A stretch of 64,000 nt of DNA from Hormiphora californensis (taxonomy: Eukaryota; Animalia; Ctenophora), in NCBI GenBank assembly GCA_020137815.1, contig CM035350.1, positions 1,798,001 through 1,862,000 on the forward strand, written 5' to 3'. Shown one piece after another: positions 46,494 to 59,850 of the stretch; the first letter of the stretch is position 1; every line of letters begins with the position of its first letter. The notes beneath the pieces are model-generated. The model searched no databases and was not told where the DNA came from. It saw nothing but the letters and a program-made list of their open reading frames with translations. The position numbers and the translations under genes were made by a program.

Positions 46494-49400
46494 TTAAAAT
46501 GTTCGGTACTGGGTGTTCATATGAAACTGATTATAGTTCGTCGGTGGAGGTACACCTGCACTAGCTGCGGGTGTGGTGGCGGTGGTAGGAGTGGGGAAGG
46601 AGTGCTCCGGGTAGAGAGAGGTGGGGTACATCTCTCCTCCTGCGCCTCCGAACTGGCCATTAGGTGGTGGTCCAGGGTAGGAGGGTGGTGGGGCAAACTG
46701 AGCTCCTCCCCTTCCATCAGACTGGTCCTCTCCCTTCACAAGGGCTTGTTTCAAGGGGTCCGATTCCACAAGAGAGGGAGGAGGGGCAGCGTATGGAGTG
46801 GTGTAGGAAGGCATTGGGTACCCTCCCGTAGCGGGACTGTTTTGGGATGGACTGTAGTGGGAGAGGGGTGTGGAGACAGCCTTCTCAGGGGTGTATTGGC
46901 AGGGAACAGGATGATGTGCCATGGGCGGCCCTAACTGTGACATCGGGGGAGGCACCATTTGGCCAGGTTGCAGGTTGGCTGGCATCATGCCAATCTTAGC
47001 GGGACTACCCTGGAAATGCTCCGCCCCGGGGGGACCGTAGAAGTAGGCAGGCGGTTTGTTGGGGGAAGTGTTGGAGAAACCCTCCGGGAAGGGTCCAGGG
47101 AACTGAGGTCCTGGCACCATTCCAGGCATGTACCTCCCTGGAATGTTGTACATGCCATTCACTGCGGGGGGCTGCTGCTGCGATGCGGGGGGCACCACTG
47201 ACGTCACGGATGTACTTGTCTCCTGCTTCACCTTCGGTTTCCGCTTCTTCGGTGGTGCTCTGGGCTTGTTTGGATCCTTTGGCTTCCTCCCCTTTTTCTT
47301 GGGAAGCTGCTTGAGGACTTCCTGTTCATCAGTTAAATCACACCCATCCAGTTCATTTAGCACACCGAGATCCAGATTATCCATGTCATCATCCACTCCT
47401 ACCCCGGCCTCCCCGCTCAGATTCTCAGAGCTAGTTGGACTGAAGAGACTGGCTGACCCGGGTGATCCTGACAGAGTCTGGTTGGGGGTATACTGTTGAT
47501 CTCCTGGCATGTATTTCACTGGGCTTCCGTTCATACCATGGGCACTAGCGAAGAAGTCCTCCGCCTTGTACATCAGGTTCTCAGAGTTGGTCCTCTTCAC
47601 ATACGGCTGACCCATGTTGGGCATAACAGGTTCTGATGCCTGCCGGTAGAAGCTTTGTTGTCGACTATCTGGCATGAATCCAGGAGGGGGAGGAGGGGGG
47701 AGTTGCTGCTGGGGTACATCCTCCCCCGGGAACACACCATGGGGGGCCAGGGTGGTCCACCTCCTCCCTTATCCACAAAGGGGAAATCAAACTGGTTCAG
47801 TGCTGGCACATTATCTATCTTCCTCTTCTTTTCCCTCTTCTTCTTCGGTGCAGCATCCTCTTTCGTCTTCTTCTTCCGTGGTGCCCGCTCCTTCTTCTCT
47901 TTCGGTGACTTCTTCGTCTTCTTGCCAGGCATTGCAGTGGCGGGTGGGACGTTTAGGGCCATCAGTTGGGCGGGAGTTAGGGCCAGCCTGGAAGGTACAA
48001 CGGGCTCCTTCATCTCCTCCTTCATTGGGAAGTGAGGGGGCATGCCTGTAGTTGGATCCACCCCTCCTGGGATATCCGGGGGTCTGCAGTACATGGGAGG
48101 TGGGGAGAGCAAGTAGGGGTGGGCACCGGGTGAGGCCCCCTGCTGGCGTGGCGTCGGTTCTTTCTTTGTCAGTTGGGGTGGCTGGATCGGCAGGACGGGT
48201 TTAGGGGCAGTTGGAGTCGGTTCCGGAGCAGGGACATCATCTAGAGATGGCATTGCGGCATCGTCGTCATCACTAGAGCCCGCATCACTTTTACTAACTG
48301 ATCGGGAGCGCTTCCGTGATACTTCCACCACTGTAGGTATGGTTACCGGGGCAACGGCTTCTGTCGGGCTGCTGGTGATCGGAGTTGTGGAGGCGGTAGT
48401 GGTGGGTGTGGTTTCTACAGAGCTGGCGTTGTTGTTGGGAGGGATCTCTCCAGACTCTGCTGACACAGCCTCTCTCAAAATGGGACTGGCAGGGGCTTCT
48501 TCTTTAACGGTTGGCGATTGTCCAGCAACAGGGTGTTCAGCTGGGGGAGGAGGGGGAGGCGAGGACTGGGCTGGGAATTCGGTTACTGGTGATGATGGAT
48601 GATCTGAAGGATCGGGAACCACTTCAGATTCAGAAGGTTGAGTTGGTGTCTCTTTTGTTGGAGTTACTACCGGGGATGTCTCTACAGATGCAGATACAAT
48701 AGGTGTGGGTGGCTCAGGATCAACGTCAACGGTAGCATGCTCAGGTTGTTTCGAAGTAACTGCTGTTGACACTGCGGTCGTTGCGGCTGATTGAGTTTTG
48801 ACCGGTTCTCCCTGATTTTCTGTGCTCGAACTAGCTGTATTTGACTTGTTGACGGCCTTGAGAAGTAGCTCTCTGATTTGAGCAGCAGATCCCTCCTTGT
48901 TTTTCACATTCGAGATAATGCTCAAGATATGACTGACGTTAGCCGTGTTCTTCGCTTCATTGTTCTCTGCTATTTGGTTGATAAAGTTTGCCACTGCTTG
49001 TCGGACTGCTGACTTAGCGTTATCGTTCACTTTGATCTTCTCTGCACTCACCACAACTGGTTCAGGTGGGGGAGGTGATGGGGATTTGGAGGGTGGTTGG
49101 CTTGTTCTAGCTACCACAGGAACGGGCGCTGGCAAGTTCTCTGTTACTACCGGTGTAACCACAGTAGGAGGAGCGGATTGTACACTCGACTCTCCCATCT
49201 TCTTCTGTTTCTCCAGCATAGCTGTTATCTTTTGAAGCTGTTCAAACTCGGCTATGATCTTGTTGGTGATGGTGTAGAGAGTGTCCACATCGTCCGTCAA
49301 TATCCTCGGACTATACAAGAGAAGTTGCTGGGGGACGGTCAGTTTGAAGAGTTTTAGTAGCACCACAATCGCCTCATCAACAGGTCTTGTTTCCACAGCG

Positions 49401-52400
49401 CTTTTCACGTGGATACCCTTTACCTTCATACAGAGCTTTAACAGCTTTATCGAGTGCTCTGAGCTCTGCTTTCCCGTCTGGTTGCAGTAGTCCGAGACAC
49501 GTGTTCGTAGTAGAGTATCAAATTGTGTGAGGGTCGCCTGAAGGAAGGGTGCTACATCCCCGACAAAGTTGTTCAGTTGATCTGCTGTCTTGACCATGTT
49601 CTCAAACAACTTTATCAGGTTGCTGATGTCCTTACAGTGAGCCAGGGACGATATTATCAGGGAGAGACTCTTCCTCATGTGTCTAAAGAACCCACCGGGT
49701 CGGTCTACAGTGTCAATGGGGATCCTCCAGATACCAAAGAAAAGGTGTTTTCGACTGAACAGGAACATTCCCCCAGAGTTGGAGGTGTCCTGGAGCATGA
49801 GGTTCTTGGCATTCTGGAAGGCCACCTGGCTCTCTGTTGATCGCTCATGGTATATCTTACAGAGGGCGTTCCGGATTTTATAGTGTTCTGGCCACCGTGA
49901 GAATGCCTCCTCCAGTACCCTTACACACAGCTCCTCGAGACTCTTATCAGCTGCATCATCCAGACCCATTAGGGTGTAAAGTGCTCTCATACTCTCCACC
50001 ATCTTATCTTTGACATCTGCTTCCTGGAGTAGCTCAGGGTGCTCCCTAGTCCTCTTGTAAACTGAGTATGAGATCCTGAACACCAACTCGAAACACTCCA
50101 TGGAGAAGTCAGCAGGGGAGCTGGTGTTGATCCTCTTTGTTAGGGCACTGTGATACCCGGATAGGTTCTCAATACTCATCATGTAGTTTTCCAGCCATAC
50201 CAAACTCTTATAATTGAACTTCTCCGCGATCTTGCCCAGCATGAAATGCTTCACCCACTTTTTAGGACCATCCGGTTCAGCGCCCTTCTCCAAGATCTCC
50301 TTGCTCTTCAAGAACAGTGTCAACCGTTTCATGTCTATCTCTTTAATGACCGCTGCATTCTCGGAGAGCGCCCCGGCCACCTGGTTATAGACAGAGGCTA
50401 TGGTGTAAAGGAAGATGGCATACTCAGCAGCCACATCAAAGGGAGTGACGGTATTGCTCATGTAGTGGTCGAAACAGAATACCGCCTTGGGCGCAATTGA
50501 CTCGATCACAACTTTGAGGTCACTTTGGGACTGGTTGAATTGGTCCTCCGCCACACTCAACCAGCATAGCCCCATGGACAGCCAGGACTCCAGACGGTCT
50601 GGGTTGACTGCCAGGTCACATATAAACCAGTCGATGGCCTTCAGGAAATCCCCATACTTCCAGATGTAGTCCCCACACAGGTAGTAAATGTCCTTGAAAT
50701 GTACAAGGGCCGGTTCCTCTGAGTATGGCTCATAGTTGATTACCTTTTCCGAGTTACTCCCAGTCACCTGCTTCTGGTAGGTTTCAATGGACAGCTTGAT
50801 CTTTACAAAGGTCTCAGACCGGGACACATCGCTGGTGAACAGATTGACTATCTGGCACATTAGCTCCAGAACATCAGCCGAGAAGTGCTTTCCACTTTCC
50901 ATGGGGCTAAACATTTCGGAGGGGAGGTAAAACTCATAGATACTCTTAGCATTCTCAAGGGTGAGAGGCACGGGTGTAGCAGCATGATCAGATCTGTTTT
51001 TCTTGGAGCGTTTGGATCCCGCCCCTGGGTGACCTATATAACAGAACACTGCCTGTTCCACCATGTTGGTACAATCCTCAATGTAGATCCCTTGTTTCTT
51101 GTACCGGACACAACACTCAATGATGTAGGAGAGGAAGAGACCTCCAGAGAGGGTACAGATGTAGCTCTCTCCGAGGAGCTCATGGCAATGAGCCAGGGAT
51201 TGTATACGAGCAATGTTATACTCCACAGCATCCGTCTCTGAGAGACCCTCTGGGATGCACTGTATCAATTGTCATGTGGTAGACCATGAATGCCCGATCA
51301 ATGGGGTACTCGTTCAGGACAACCCCCTGAGTTTCATCCATGCTGACCTTGAAGAAGTTTGTAATGACACGGAACAATGTTTCCCATCAGCCTTCCATAA
51401 GCTGATTGCCCCATCGCTAAAGGGCACCTCTGTCATCGAGTAGATAAGGGCTTTCAGGACCTTGGTGAGGAGTGATTTGAAGGTGTCGGTAAACCTCAAA
51501 ACGGGGACCAGTTCATTCAGGAACACCTCCCCGCACTTCAAACACGTCTTAGCATCTCCCACCTTCCTGAAGCGATTCCAACAGCATAAGAAGATTCTTT
51601 TGCCGAATAGCCATCTCGCTCTCCGTCTCTGGTTCCTCGCCCCTCTCACTTAGCATCGGACGGAGCAGCTTCAGCGACTCTCGAGTAGTTTTTCTCCTTG
51701 AACAACTGGGCCACATTCTCCCGTTCCTGTACCTCTATCAGGGTAGACCTCTGTTTCTCGATAGTAGCTTCACTCACCGTGTGCAGGTCACTGTTTCCAA
51801 TAACAACCTGGTCGAAGTTACAGCATTTCAACTTGGCCAATGCTATGGAGATGAGCTGAATGGAGCACTCGATGTTGCTGAGTTTAGCTTCATACAAACA
51901 GTAAACCCAGGCGTACCGGAGCTGGAACAGATCATACTGATCGCTGCTGCTGAACATCTCCTGGATCTTCTCGTGCTGGTTGGCCGTCCTCAGGAACTCC
52001 TGGTCTTTGCTCATCGCACTGCTCGTTAGGCTACCCTTTATATCCTCGAAGAATGGATCGGACGTCAACTCAGCGGAGAAAAGACTGTTGTTGATAATGA
52101 TCTCAAATGCACATAGCAGTGTCATCACATTCTGCTCGGTGTCGTCCTCACGGAAATTCTGCAAAATGTTTGGCAGTGCCTCGAACTCTCGATAGTTGAG
52201 GTATACCTTGAGGAAGGACTTGACGACGCTTGGGGACCACTTTTTGGAGAACTCTGCTGAGAGTTGGTTGCAGTAGGTCTTCATCAGGGGGATGAGAAGG
52301 AGGGAATCTTCACTGGTGATCTTCCTTACAACCTCCTGCTCATCGAGAGGCTCAGGCTCAGGAATCTCCTCCGACCCGTTCTCTAGCGTTACCTTGACTG

Positions 52401-53688
52401 GCCCGGGTGTAGATGTTGACGAGGTGAATTTCAGGATATCGGGTATCCATGCCTCCAGTTTGCTGGTTATACTCTCAATCGGGTCATTAGTCTCCGCCTG
52501 TAAATCCTTTACACGCTTTGACCGGCGATGTCCCTCTCTCTTCTCCTTGTTCGTAGCTTCCTTCACTTCAGTGACCTCTGGAATGTCTTCCAGTGCAACA
52601 TCCACCACAGGAGGAGGCTCAGGGGCAGTGGTGGTGGTGCCGTTTTGAGTTGGTTCATCTCCTTCATCAGCTGGATCAGTAGCAGGAAGAGCGTTGTCAT
52701 CATCTCCATTAGATGTTGCTGGTGGTGGGGGTTCTTCAACCACTTCATCGCACTCCGAGGGTGCTGCAGAAACACTTGCCGACCCATTTTGAAGAACCTC
52801 CGTCAGGTTACTCTTGGAGAAGTCAACGGGGCAAAACAAGGAGAGATCTTCCTCTTTGCCCTTGATGAACAATTCACAGATGGCCTCGCCAAGATCTGCC
52901 AATGGGTTGTCTTTTGAGAGAGGTCGGAGGTAGAGAGTTGGATCACTCTTGATTGGTGAGGAGATCTTCTTGGCTTGCTGGTCCTTCATCCTCAACTCCA
53001 TCGGGTATTTCATCTCCTTATCCGCACTCTCCTTCTCAGGTTGTAAATCTGCAAACCCGTTCCTCCACTTGAAATTCTTGAACAGACACGGATCCTCCGC
53101 TTCAATTTGTGACTTCACGCTCAGGGCCCTCTGAAACTCACTGTTCAGGGTTAGGGAATGTTGGACAAGATAGAGACAGGATAGATAATCACCGAGCGCA
53201 TAAAGAAGGCAAATGAGAGTGTCAATGCTCGGCCAAAATCCCTGATTCAGGTTCAGACATTCCTTTAGAGAGTCAACAGCCAAGGTATAGTTTGTCATTT
53301 TTATAGCAACAGTAGCAATGTTATACCACGTTGTAATGTCTGATTTATCGGAACTCACTGCCTCTAGATAAAAGCCCAGCGCGTCATCATAATTAGAGGT
53401 ACTCTCATGAACCTTTCCAAGGTTCTTGTAGATGGAGGTAAGGAGTTTCACGGCTGGATCATTAAAGAAGTCAGCTGCGGTGAAGGTTTCCTCCTCCAAG
53501 TTGAAGTAAGGGTGCAGAAGGAGTTCTTTCAAGGCCTTCTCAGCTAACTCATGGTCCTGGTTCTTGATAAGGCTGAGGGCCCGGTTATACTTCTGGAACG
53601 CATCAGACTGGACTACTTCCTTCGTTTGGGTTCGACCCCTGTCCGCGGTACCGTCAGGGGCGGCGTTGAGCGCAGAAAACTTGATCAT
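46494..53688 (-). CDS. CABIN1: Calcineurin-binding protein cabin-1 (TPR, HIRA complex), single coding exon with 7 apparent +1 insertions
   Basis: MIKFSALNA...TKEVVQSDAFQKYNRALSL, TPRs, RRSKRVK, VAELLRPML, IYYLCGDYIWK, HFMLGKIAEK, FFGIWRIPIDTVDRPGGF. Four ORF-track pieces join into 2395 aa after removing 7 bases. Confidence 0.9.
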
Positions 53689-54293
53689 GAAATGACCTGA
53701 AAGGAGAGAGGGGATTAATCTTAGTTACAAGATGTACTAATAAACAAAGTGAACACTTCTCATCACATCATCTCACTGAGCACGTACAGCTCAGAATGAG
53801 GGGTTTATGAGACATATCATGTCATCTAGCTAGTTGAAAGTAATAAAGAGAGAGAAGATGAAAAACCTTACCTAACCTCTCTAAACGAAAAGAAAAAAAC
53901 TTCTCGCTTACTTTTGTTCAAGCTCCAGAGAACTCTGTCGAGCACTGTCACTGTCAGTTAACAAATCAAGTAACTTTCAAACTTCTTACCTCTCAAACAC
54001 TCAGTCTATGAGTGGGGGTCTTGCTGTCAATTGATGACTCAGGTACATAATATCCTACACAGAGAACGATAGAGAGTTAAATTGAGCGCAACAGCAAAAG
54101 GGATTGGGGAATGTGAAAGGTCAATAATGAGGGGCTGTATGAGGGGTCGCATGATATTATACTCGGAAATACAAACCTACATAAAGGGGCCTTTTGTGTA
54201 AACTGAGATTGTGTACACCATTAGCACACACACACACACGCCGTACCAGCACCTGGTTTCTCTTGACTCTACACGTCATTCGAAATGGGGATG

Positions 54294-54366
<73 letters not shown>

Positions 54367-54435
54367 CAGAGAGAGAGAGAGAGAGAGAGAGAAAGGGAGA
54401 GAGATAGAGAAAGAGAGAGAGAAAGAGAGAGAGAT

Positions 54436-54532
<97 letters not shown>

Positions 54533-55712
54533 TTATTACAAAAGAGTCATGATGCAAAGGTCAACACACACATGATATATACAGGCCCCCCATTGTGTAT
54601 TGAATGTACCCCACCAGGGGGGGGGGCAGCATTGTACAACCCGAGAGAGGTGCAGTGTTGGTGGGTGTGTGTGTGTGTGTGTGTGGGTGTGTACCATTGT
54701 CATAATTCACCCACTCATCTCCCACTACCTCACAGGAAACATATATGCACACACACTCAGGGATGGGTTGGTAGGATTGGTAGCAGGAAGTGGAAGAGTA
54801 CCAGCAGGTGGGTTTGGGAGGAAGGAAGCGGGGTGACACGAGTAATAAAACAGCTTCAATTTCGTCAAAGTATTGAAAAGGATAAACATTTTAAATTCTT
54901 ACAAAAAAGGACATGAATTACAACAATGCGGGCTAAAAATTCTGTCATGCACACGTGTATTATACACGCACATTAACAGTTCAGCAAATGTTATAGCATT
55001 AGAGAGATTAGGAGAGAAAGTGAGAGTTGTTTGTGTATGAGTGGGAGAGAGTAGAACAGGGAGAGAGTAGAAGACGGAGAGAGTAGAATAGGGAGTTGTA
55101 TAATGATGGAGATCTGATGTGTGTTGTCGAATGGAGAACGTCGTGAGTCAGAACTCAGAAAAGAAGGAGGGAGAGGTTTGGCGACAGATTAAAAATAGAG
55201 CATCCTCTGGACACAGCTAAATAGGGGGAAGATGGAAGAAAATTGAACTTCTCATATCTTAATTTTTATGATGCTGATCCCTCTAACCAACATCCCCTTT
55301 ATATACCTCCCCCGGTTCCTCGAACTGATTTTATAGTTTGGAATACACCGTGTCACTAGTCATGGAGAGATGTTGGAGAGAGGAAGGAAGGAAAAGGGAG
55401 GGTTTTGAGGAAGATATGAGTCTAGACAATGCGTGATGTACACATGAATCATTGCATGCACGTGGAGTGTGGACAAAAAGTCGTGTACTATGTACTGTGT
55501 AGCAACAATTTTACACGTAAAACATTCAACCCTTTCGCATAAAACTTGGAGTTCCCAAACAAAACCAATCTAAAACACAGAAATTAATAATTTAGCTACG
55601 CCTTTAAAAATCTGTCATCAAAATTCGCATTACATAACACGCGTATCATAACTAACTACAATAATTAAAACATGCACCCAAAATGTCTCGTTATATCTCT
55701 GACCTCCACACC

Positions 55713-57066
55713 TCACTCGTTCTTCTTGCTCTCGGACCTGCTGCTCTGTTTCTGGGCGGCCATACTCATTCTAAAGATATCAAAGTAGTAGCATGCCCCA
55801 TTCCAGGTGATAAAGACGAGGAGGAGAACCAGGGCACACACGTTGATCCAATAGTACCGGTACGCTAGAAGGGTGAAGGAAGACATGAGGATACACAAGA
55901 TCCAATTCATCCCCACAAACACAATGTAGGGTGGATTAGGACCAAACATCTTCTTGACACTTTTCTTAGCTCGGAGGATACCGGAATGATGTTACAATAT
56001 GCTCCTCCGGCTGCAGGATCACATTCACCAGTACAGTGTAGAGGACTGGTGTGGGTTACCATGACAATACAGGGAGCTAGGAGATTCCAGACCAGGGAGG
56101 GAGGGTTGGCAGTCTCCGGGAAATGAGGAGTGCCAGAATCGGGAACTTTCCTCCGGGAACCAGCGTATGCCAAAGGTGAAGGAGCACGGGAACGGTGTGA
56201 ATGTAGGTTGATGTCATCTTATCCACGCTGTGAAAGACGAGTGAGTTACGGAAGGAGAATGCCCCGAGGAAGAGCATTCCGTGTGCGATAGAGAACTGGA
56301 GGGCGCACAACTCAGGGGAGGAGGGCCTGAACCAGAGAATTAGTGATATGATCAGGTTACCAAAGTAGCAGAAATCCAGGCAGAAATACTGGAACTGGCA
56401 CTGCCAGTACGTCACGATCCTCCACGCGATCAGAGTTGGGCAGGTCAGGGCGTAGTACCAGGGGAGGAGCCACTGTCCTGCACACGTGGCAAAGGTCTTT
56501 AGAACGAGTGTCAGGACACTCTTCGTAAAGATCACTTTCTGTCGATAATCCTCGGTGGGCTCCAGTGTTTTCAGCCGTTTTAGTCGACGGTAAGTTTTAC
56601 GTTGTAGAGAATGGATCTTTTCTTTTCCAGCGTCCAGCTTCTCCCTGCTTTTCTCACGCAGTCGTTCCTTTTGCTCAATCACAGCCTCCCTCATCCTCTC
56701 CTTCTTTCTCTCCAACTCTACCTTCATGCTCTCTTTCCGACGTTGTAACTCCTCGGTAACCTCAGCGCTCCTTCGTTCTACCACCGCCTTGAGACCTCCC
56801 ACAAAGCGATACACGTCTTGGTAGTATGCATAATCTTCAGGATCCGCTACCTCTGTGTCAGAGCTGGGCGAGGATCCAGGATCATCGCTCCTACAGCCGT
56901 CCTCCTGGCCACCCTGGTCACTGTAATCCAGGTCCATGGATGTTGTGAAGAGGTAGTCTCCGTCAGAGGAGTCCATGGAGTCAGCACGGTATCGTGGGGT
57001 AGAGTCCGCTGAGTCAACCCTGACCCGGGGGATAGTTGGGGGGTCCCCTCCTTCCTCGGATGCCAT
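55713..57066 (-). CDS. GPC1: Glycerophosphocholine acyltransferase 1 (DUF2838), intronless, with 4 apparent +1 insertions
   Basis: QYFCLDFCYFGN, FRNSLVFHSVDKMTSTYIH, TSFRYL, ITWNGACYYFDIF. Corrected length 449 aa. Confidence 0.88.
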
Positions 57067-57352
57067 CTAGAGAGAAAACAAAGGATGGAGATATTATATA
57101 ATGTCAGGTTTACACATGCAATGTGGCCTATACACTGGAAGAACTCCAGAAAAAACACGATATATCACTTGATATAATGTATGGCAATCAAACACAATCT
57201 GGCATACCCGAAAACAATAAAATAATATATTGGCAACTTACAAAAAAATATCTCAATGCACCCTTGATCTGTAAAACTCTCCAGCAGCCCAGCTCTCTAT
57301 AAACTCTACCTTCAAGCAGCAGCAGCAGCAGCTTTCTAAATTCTATAAAACT

Positions 57353-58800
57353 CTAATTTCCACCACCAGCAGCAGCAGCTTTTCTAGCCTCCCTCTCATC
57401 TCTCTCCTCCGTCATTCTCCTCTGCTTCTCCTTATAACGGTCCTCCTCTTCATTCATCATCTGGATGATGGACTGGAGGCTCGTCACGGGGATCCCAAAC
57501 TCATCAACCTCACCCAGGACCATACAGAAGAGGGCACTCTCAACGGTGAACTTGTACTCACAAACAGCCGGCTCCTCCAAGTACATGGTCAGCATGTTCA
57601 TGTGGGTCCCAGATCTCATCGAGCACCTCAACCGCACCTGGACACGCCGGGGCAGGCCCGTTTGGTCGCATATCTCCCCGTTAAAGAAGTAGAGATCCGT
57701 GAAGAGGACGGAGGTGCGTTTTTGGTCAATCAGATTGTTTTCACGGACATGATCAATGTGCATCTTCTCATCCCACAGTCCCAGCAAGATTTCCCTTCGT
57801 CCCTTCTTCTTATCCACATGGTACTGTTTGATACTTTTGTTGTAGCAAAACTCATACTTCCACCATCCCGCACCACCGTCCGCACACTGTGTTCCGGACA
57901 GGAAGAAGGTCACAAATGAAATTCCCATTGGCCATTCCGACTTTTTAATCTCCTTTCCGGCGTTATTCCGGGTTTGTTTCGGGTTGGATTCTACCTTGCT
58001 GGTGAGGTGAGGAGCAGTGTAACTATCGAACAGGGTCTGGCTCCTCTTGTTCTGGATCTCATCGTAAGCGACTGGTTTGGCCCACTTCTTCCCATCTTGT
58101 GAGAGACAGTAGATGTGGTTTATGGGGTCTTCCCTGACCCTATACAACTTGTTGCTACATAACAGGCTTGTATACACAATCACCTCATATGCACACGTAG
58201 ATTTCTCCTTGACACTGACTATTGAGGTTTGGAAGTCCGGCATACACAAATAGAACACTGTCGTTTCCCGCTTCGTACCCGGGATGAGATCGCATGCTGT
58301 ACCCTCTGTGTATTTAACGGAGTAGTAGGGACGCAGAGCACCAGCGTGGTTGATAGTGGGAATGTTACTGCCCTCAACCTCATTCATCTCAGGGTAGGAT
58401 TGGGCTGTTATGTTACCCAGGAAGTACTGCTGTTTGAGCAAAACCTTCCGGTCCTTAGGATCTCGCTCTTCGTGGAATTGCTTCACGTAGCTCCCGTGGC
58501 AAACCTCATAAACCCAGTAGGAATCTACTCGGTAGGAACATGCCTTTTCCCCCTCTAAAAGACCTGATAATCTCACGGGCAGATGAAGTTGAACTCCCAA
58601 TAGAGGGTACTTCCTGTTCGATCGGTTTTGGAAGCTGACAAACATATTCTTCATTGTTAGCAGTACGCATTTTTAATCTGCGTTTTATCGCTACTGAAAT
58701 CGTTAATAGGATCGCCCCATACCACATCAAAATGGATTGAATCGTCAAAACTATCGAAGGCTGCAAAGGTGCCAAGGAGAACAGAAAGAAAGAATATCAT
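57353..58800 (-). CDS. ERLEC1: Endoplasmic reticulum lectin 1 (XTP3-B, two MRH domains), intronless, with 2 apparent +1 insertions
   Basis: Signal peptide MIFFLSVLLGTFA, MRTANNEEYVCQLP, CSYRVDSYWVYEVCHG, GGAGWWKYEFCY, YLEEPAVCEY. Corrected length 481 aa. Confidence 0.92.
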
Positions 58801-58801
58801 A

Positions 58802-59213
58802 TCAGGAAGGAGATGAGTACAGAACTTCAATTGTTAACGAGCAGCCAAAGCAGGTCACGTATCGTTCCAAAAGGTCTACGTCGGCCTGTGATAAAACATA
58901 TTCCTCCTGGCACCTGCAACAGTAGAAATAATTTCCCTCTTCATCCCGGTCAAAGTCTCCTATAAAAACACTGTCAGTGACAGCAACAGTTTGAAGGGTA
59001 TTAAAGGTAAGGCGCGAATCATAAGCCTTTCGCTTTTCTGGCGATCCCAGGATCTCCCAGGCTTTTGACACGTTGAAAAACTCGACTTCAGCGCCAGTTA
59101 CTTTGTCGGGGTGACTCATTAGGGCAAGTTTATGGTACGCCTTTCTGATTAGAGTCAATGGAGGCGTCTTGAGGAACGTCTAGAATGTCATAATATGTGC
59201 ATCGTTGCTCCAT
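58802..59213 (-). CDS. DNAJC24: DnaJ C24 / Dph4 (J domain + CSL zinc finger), intronless, with 1 apparent +1 insertion
   Basis: MEQRCTYYDILDVPQDASIDS+IRKAYHKLALMSHPDK...AWEILG, YCCRC...CFGCSL. Corrected length 136 aa. Confidence 0.92.
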
Positions 59214-59850
59214 TTCCCTGATTTTAAGGCGGATTTTGTTACAAAAACTCAGATTTTCTTTTCTGAAAAAAAATCGTTGGAAAAAGGGTCAAAATTTTCT
59301 TCAAACATTATAAAAATAACCGCGCCGCGCAAATTGCAGCGTTAAATTGTCAAAGTTTAGCCGCGGCGTGTTTATGCGTCGTGATTTAATCGAGTCGAGC
59401 GCCGCGCGGTTGGGCAAAAAAATTCGTTTCGGGCGCGACCTGCGGATCGGAAAAACGAGAGATTTTCGTTTTCGCCTTTCGGACTTCGGTCGAAACAGTC
59501 ACAACCTCGAACCTGGCCAACCACCGGGAGCCACTCGCCAGGCTTAAATGAATCTCATTGTGTATTCAATGTTAAGGACCGAGCTTACCTTTGCACGATC
59601 GAAAGTTATTACTTTTTGGAATCCGACAAGATCCAGGCCCCACCGCGAGCTGTCAGCTAAGAAACCCTCGGCTACAGCCACCAAAAAGCTTAGATATTTT
59701 AGTATTGAACTTAAGCTATTTCCCTAATCGATTTCAGATGTAGATTCGGGGCTGTTAATGATATGTATTTTATTTGATAGTTGACACTAAACTTCTAGGG
59801 GGCCGGGACTTTTCTCACATGTACCATTATTTCCACATTTAGGCCTCAAT

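Noticed and set aside
51240-51700. Tiny introns explaining the CABIN1 frame breaks
   Set aside because: No suitable GT-AG pairs are needed. Single-base removal restores continuous homologous sequence.
46494-59213. Programmed +1 ribosomal frameshifting or pseudogenisation of CABIN1, GPC1, ERLEC1 and DNAJC24
   Set aside because: No shared slippery or stop motif, and sites are too dense for efficient recoding. The absence of deletions and nonsense substitutions argues against decay.
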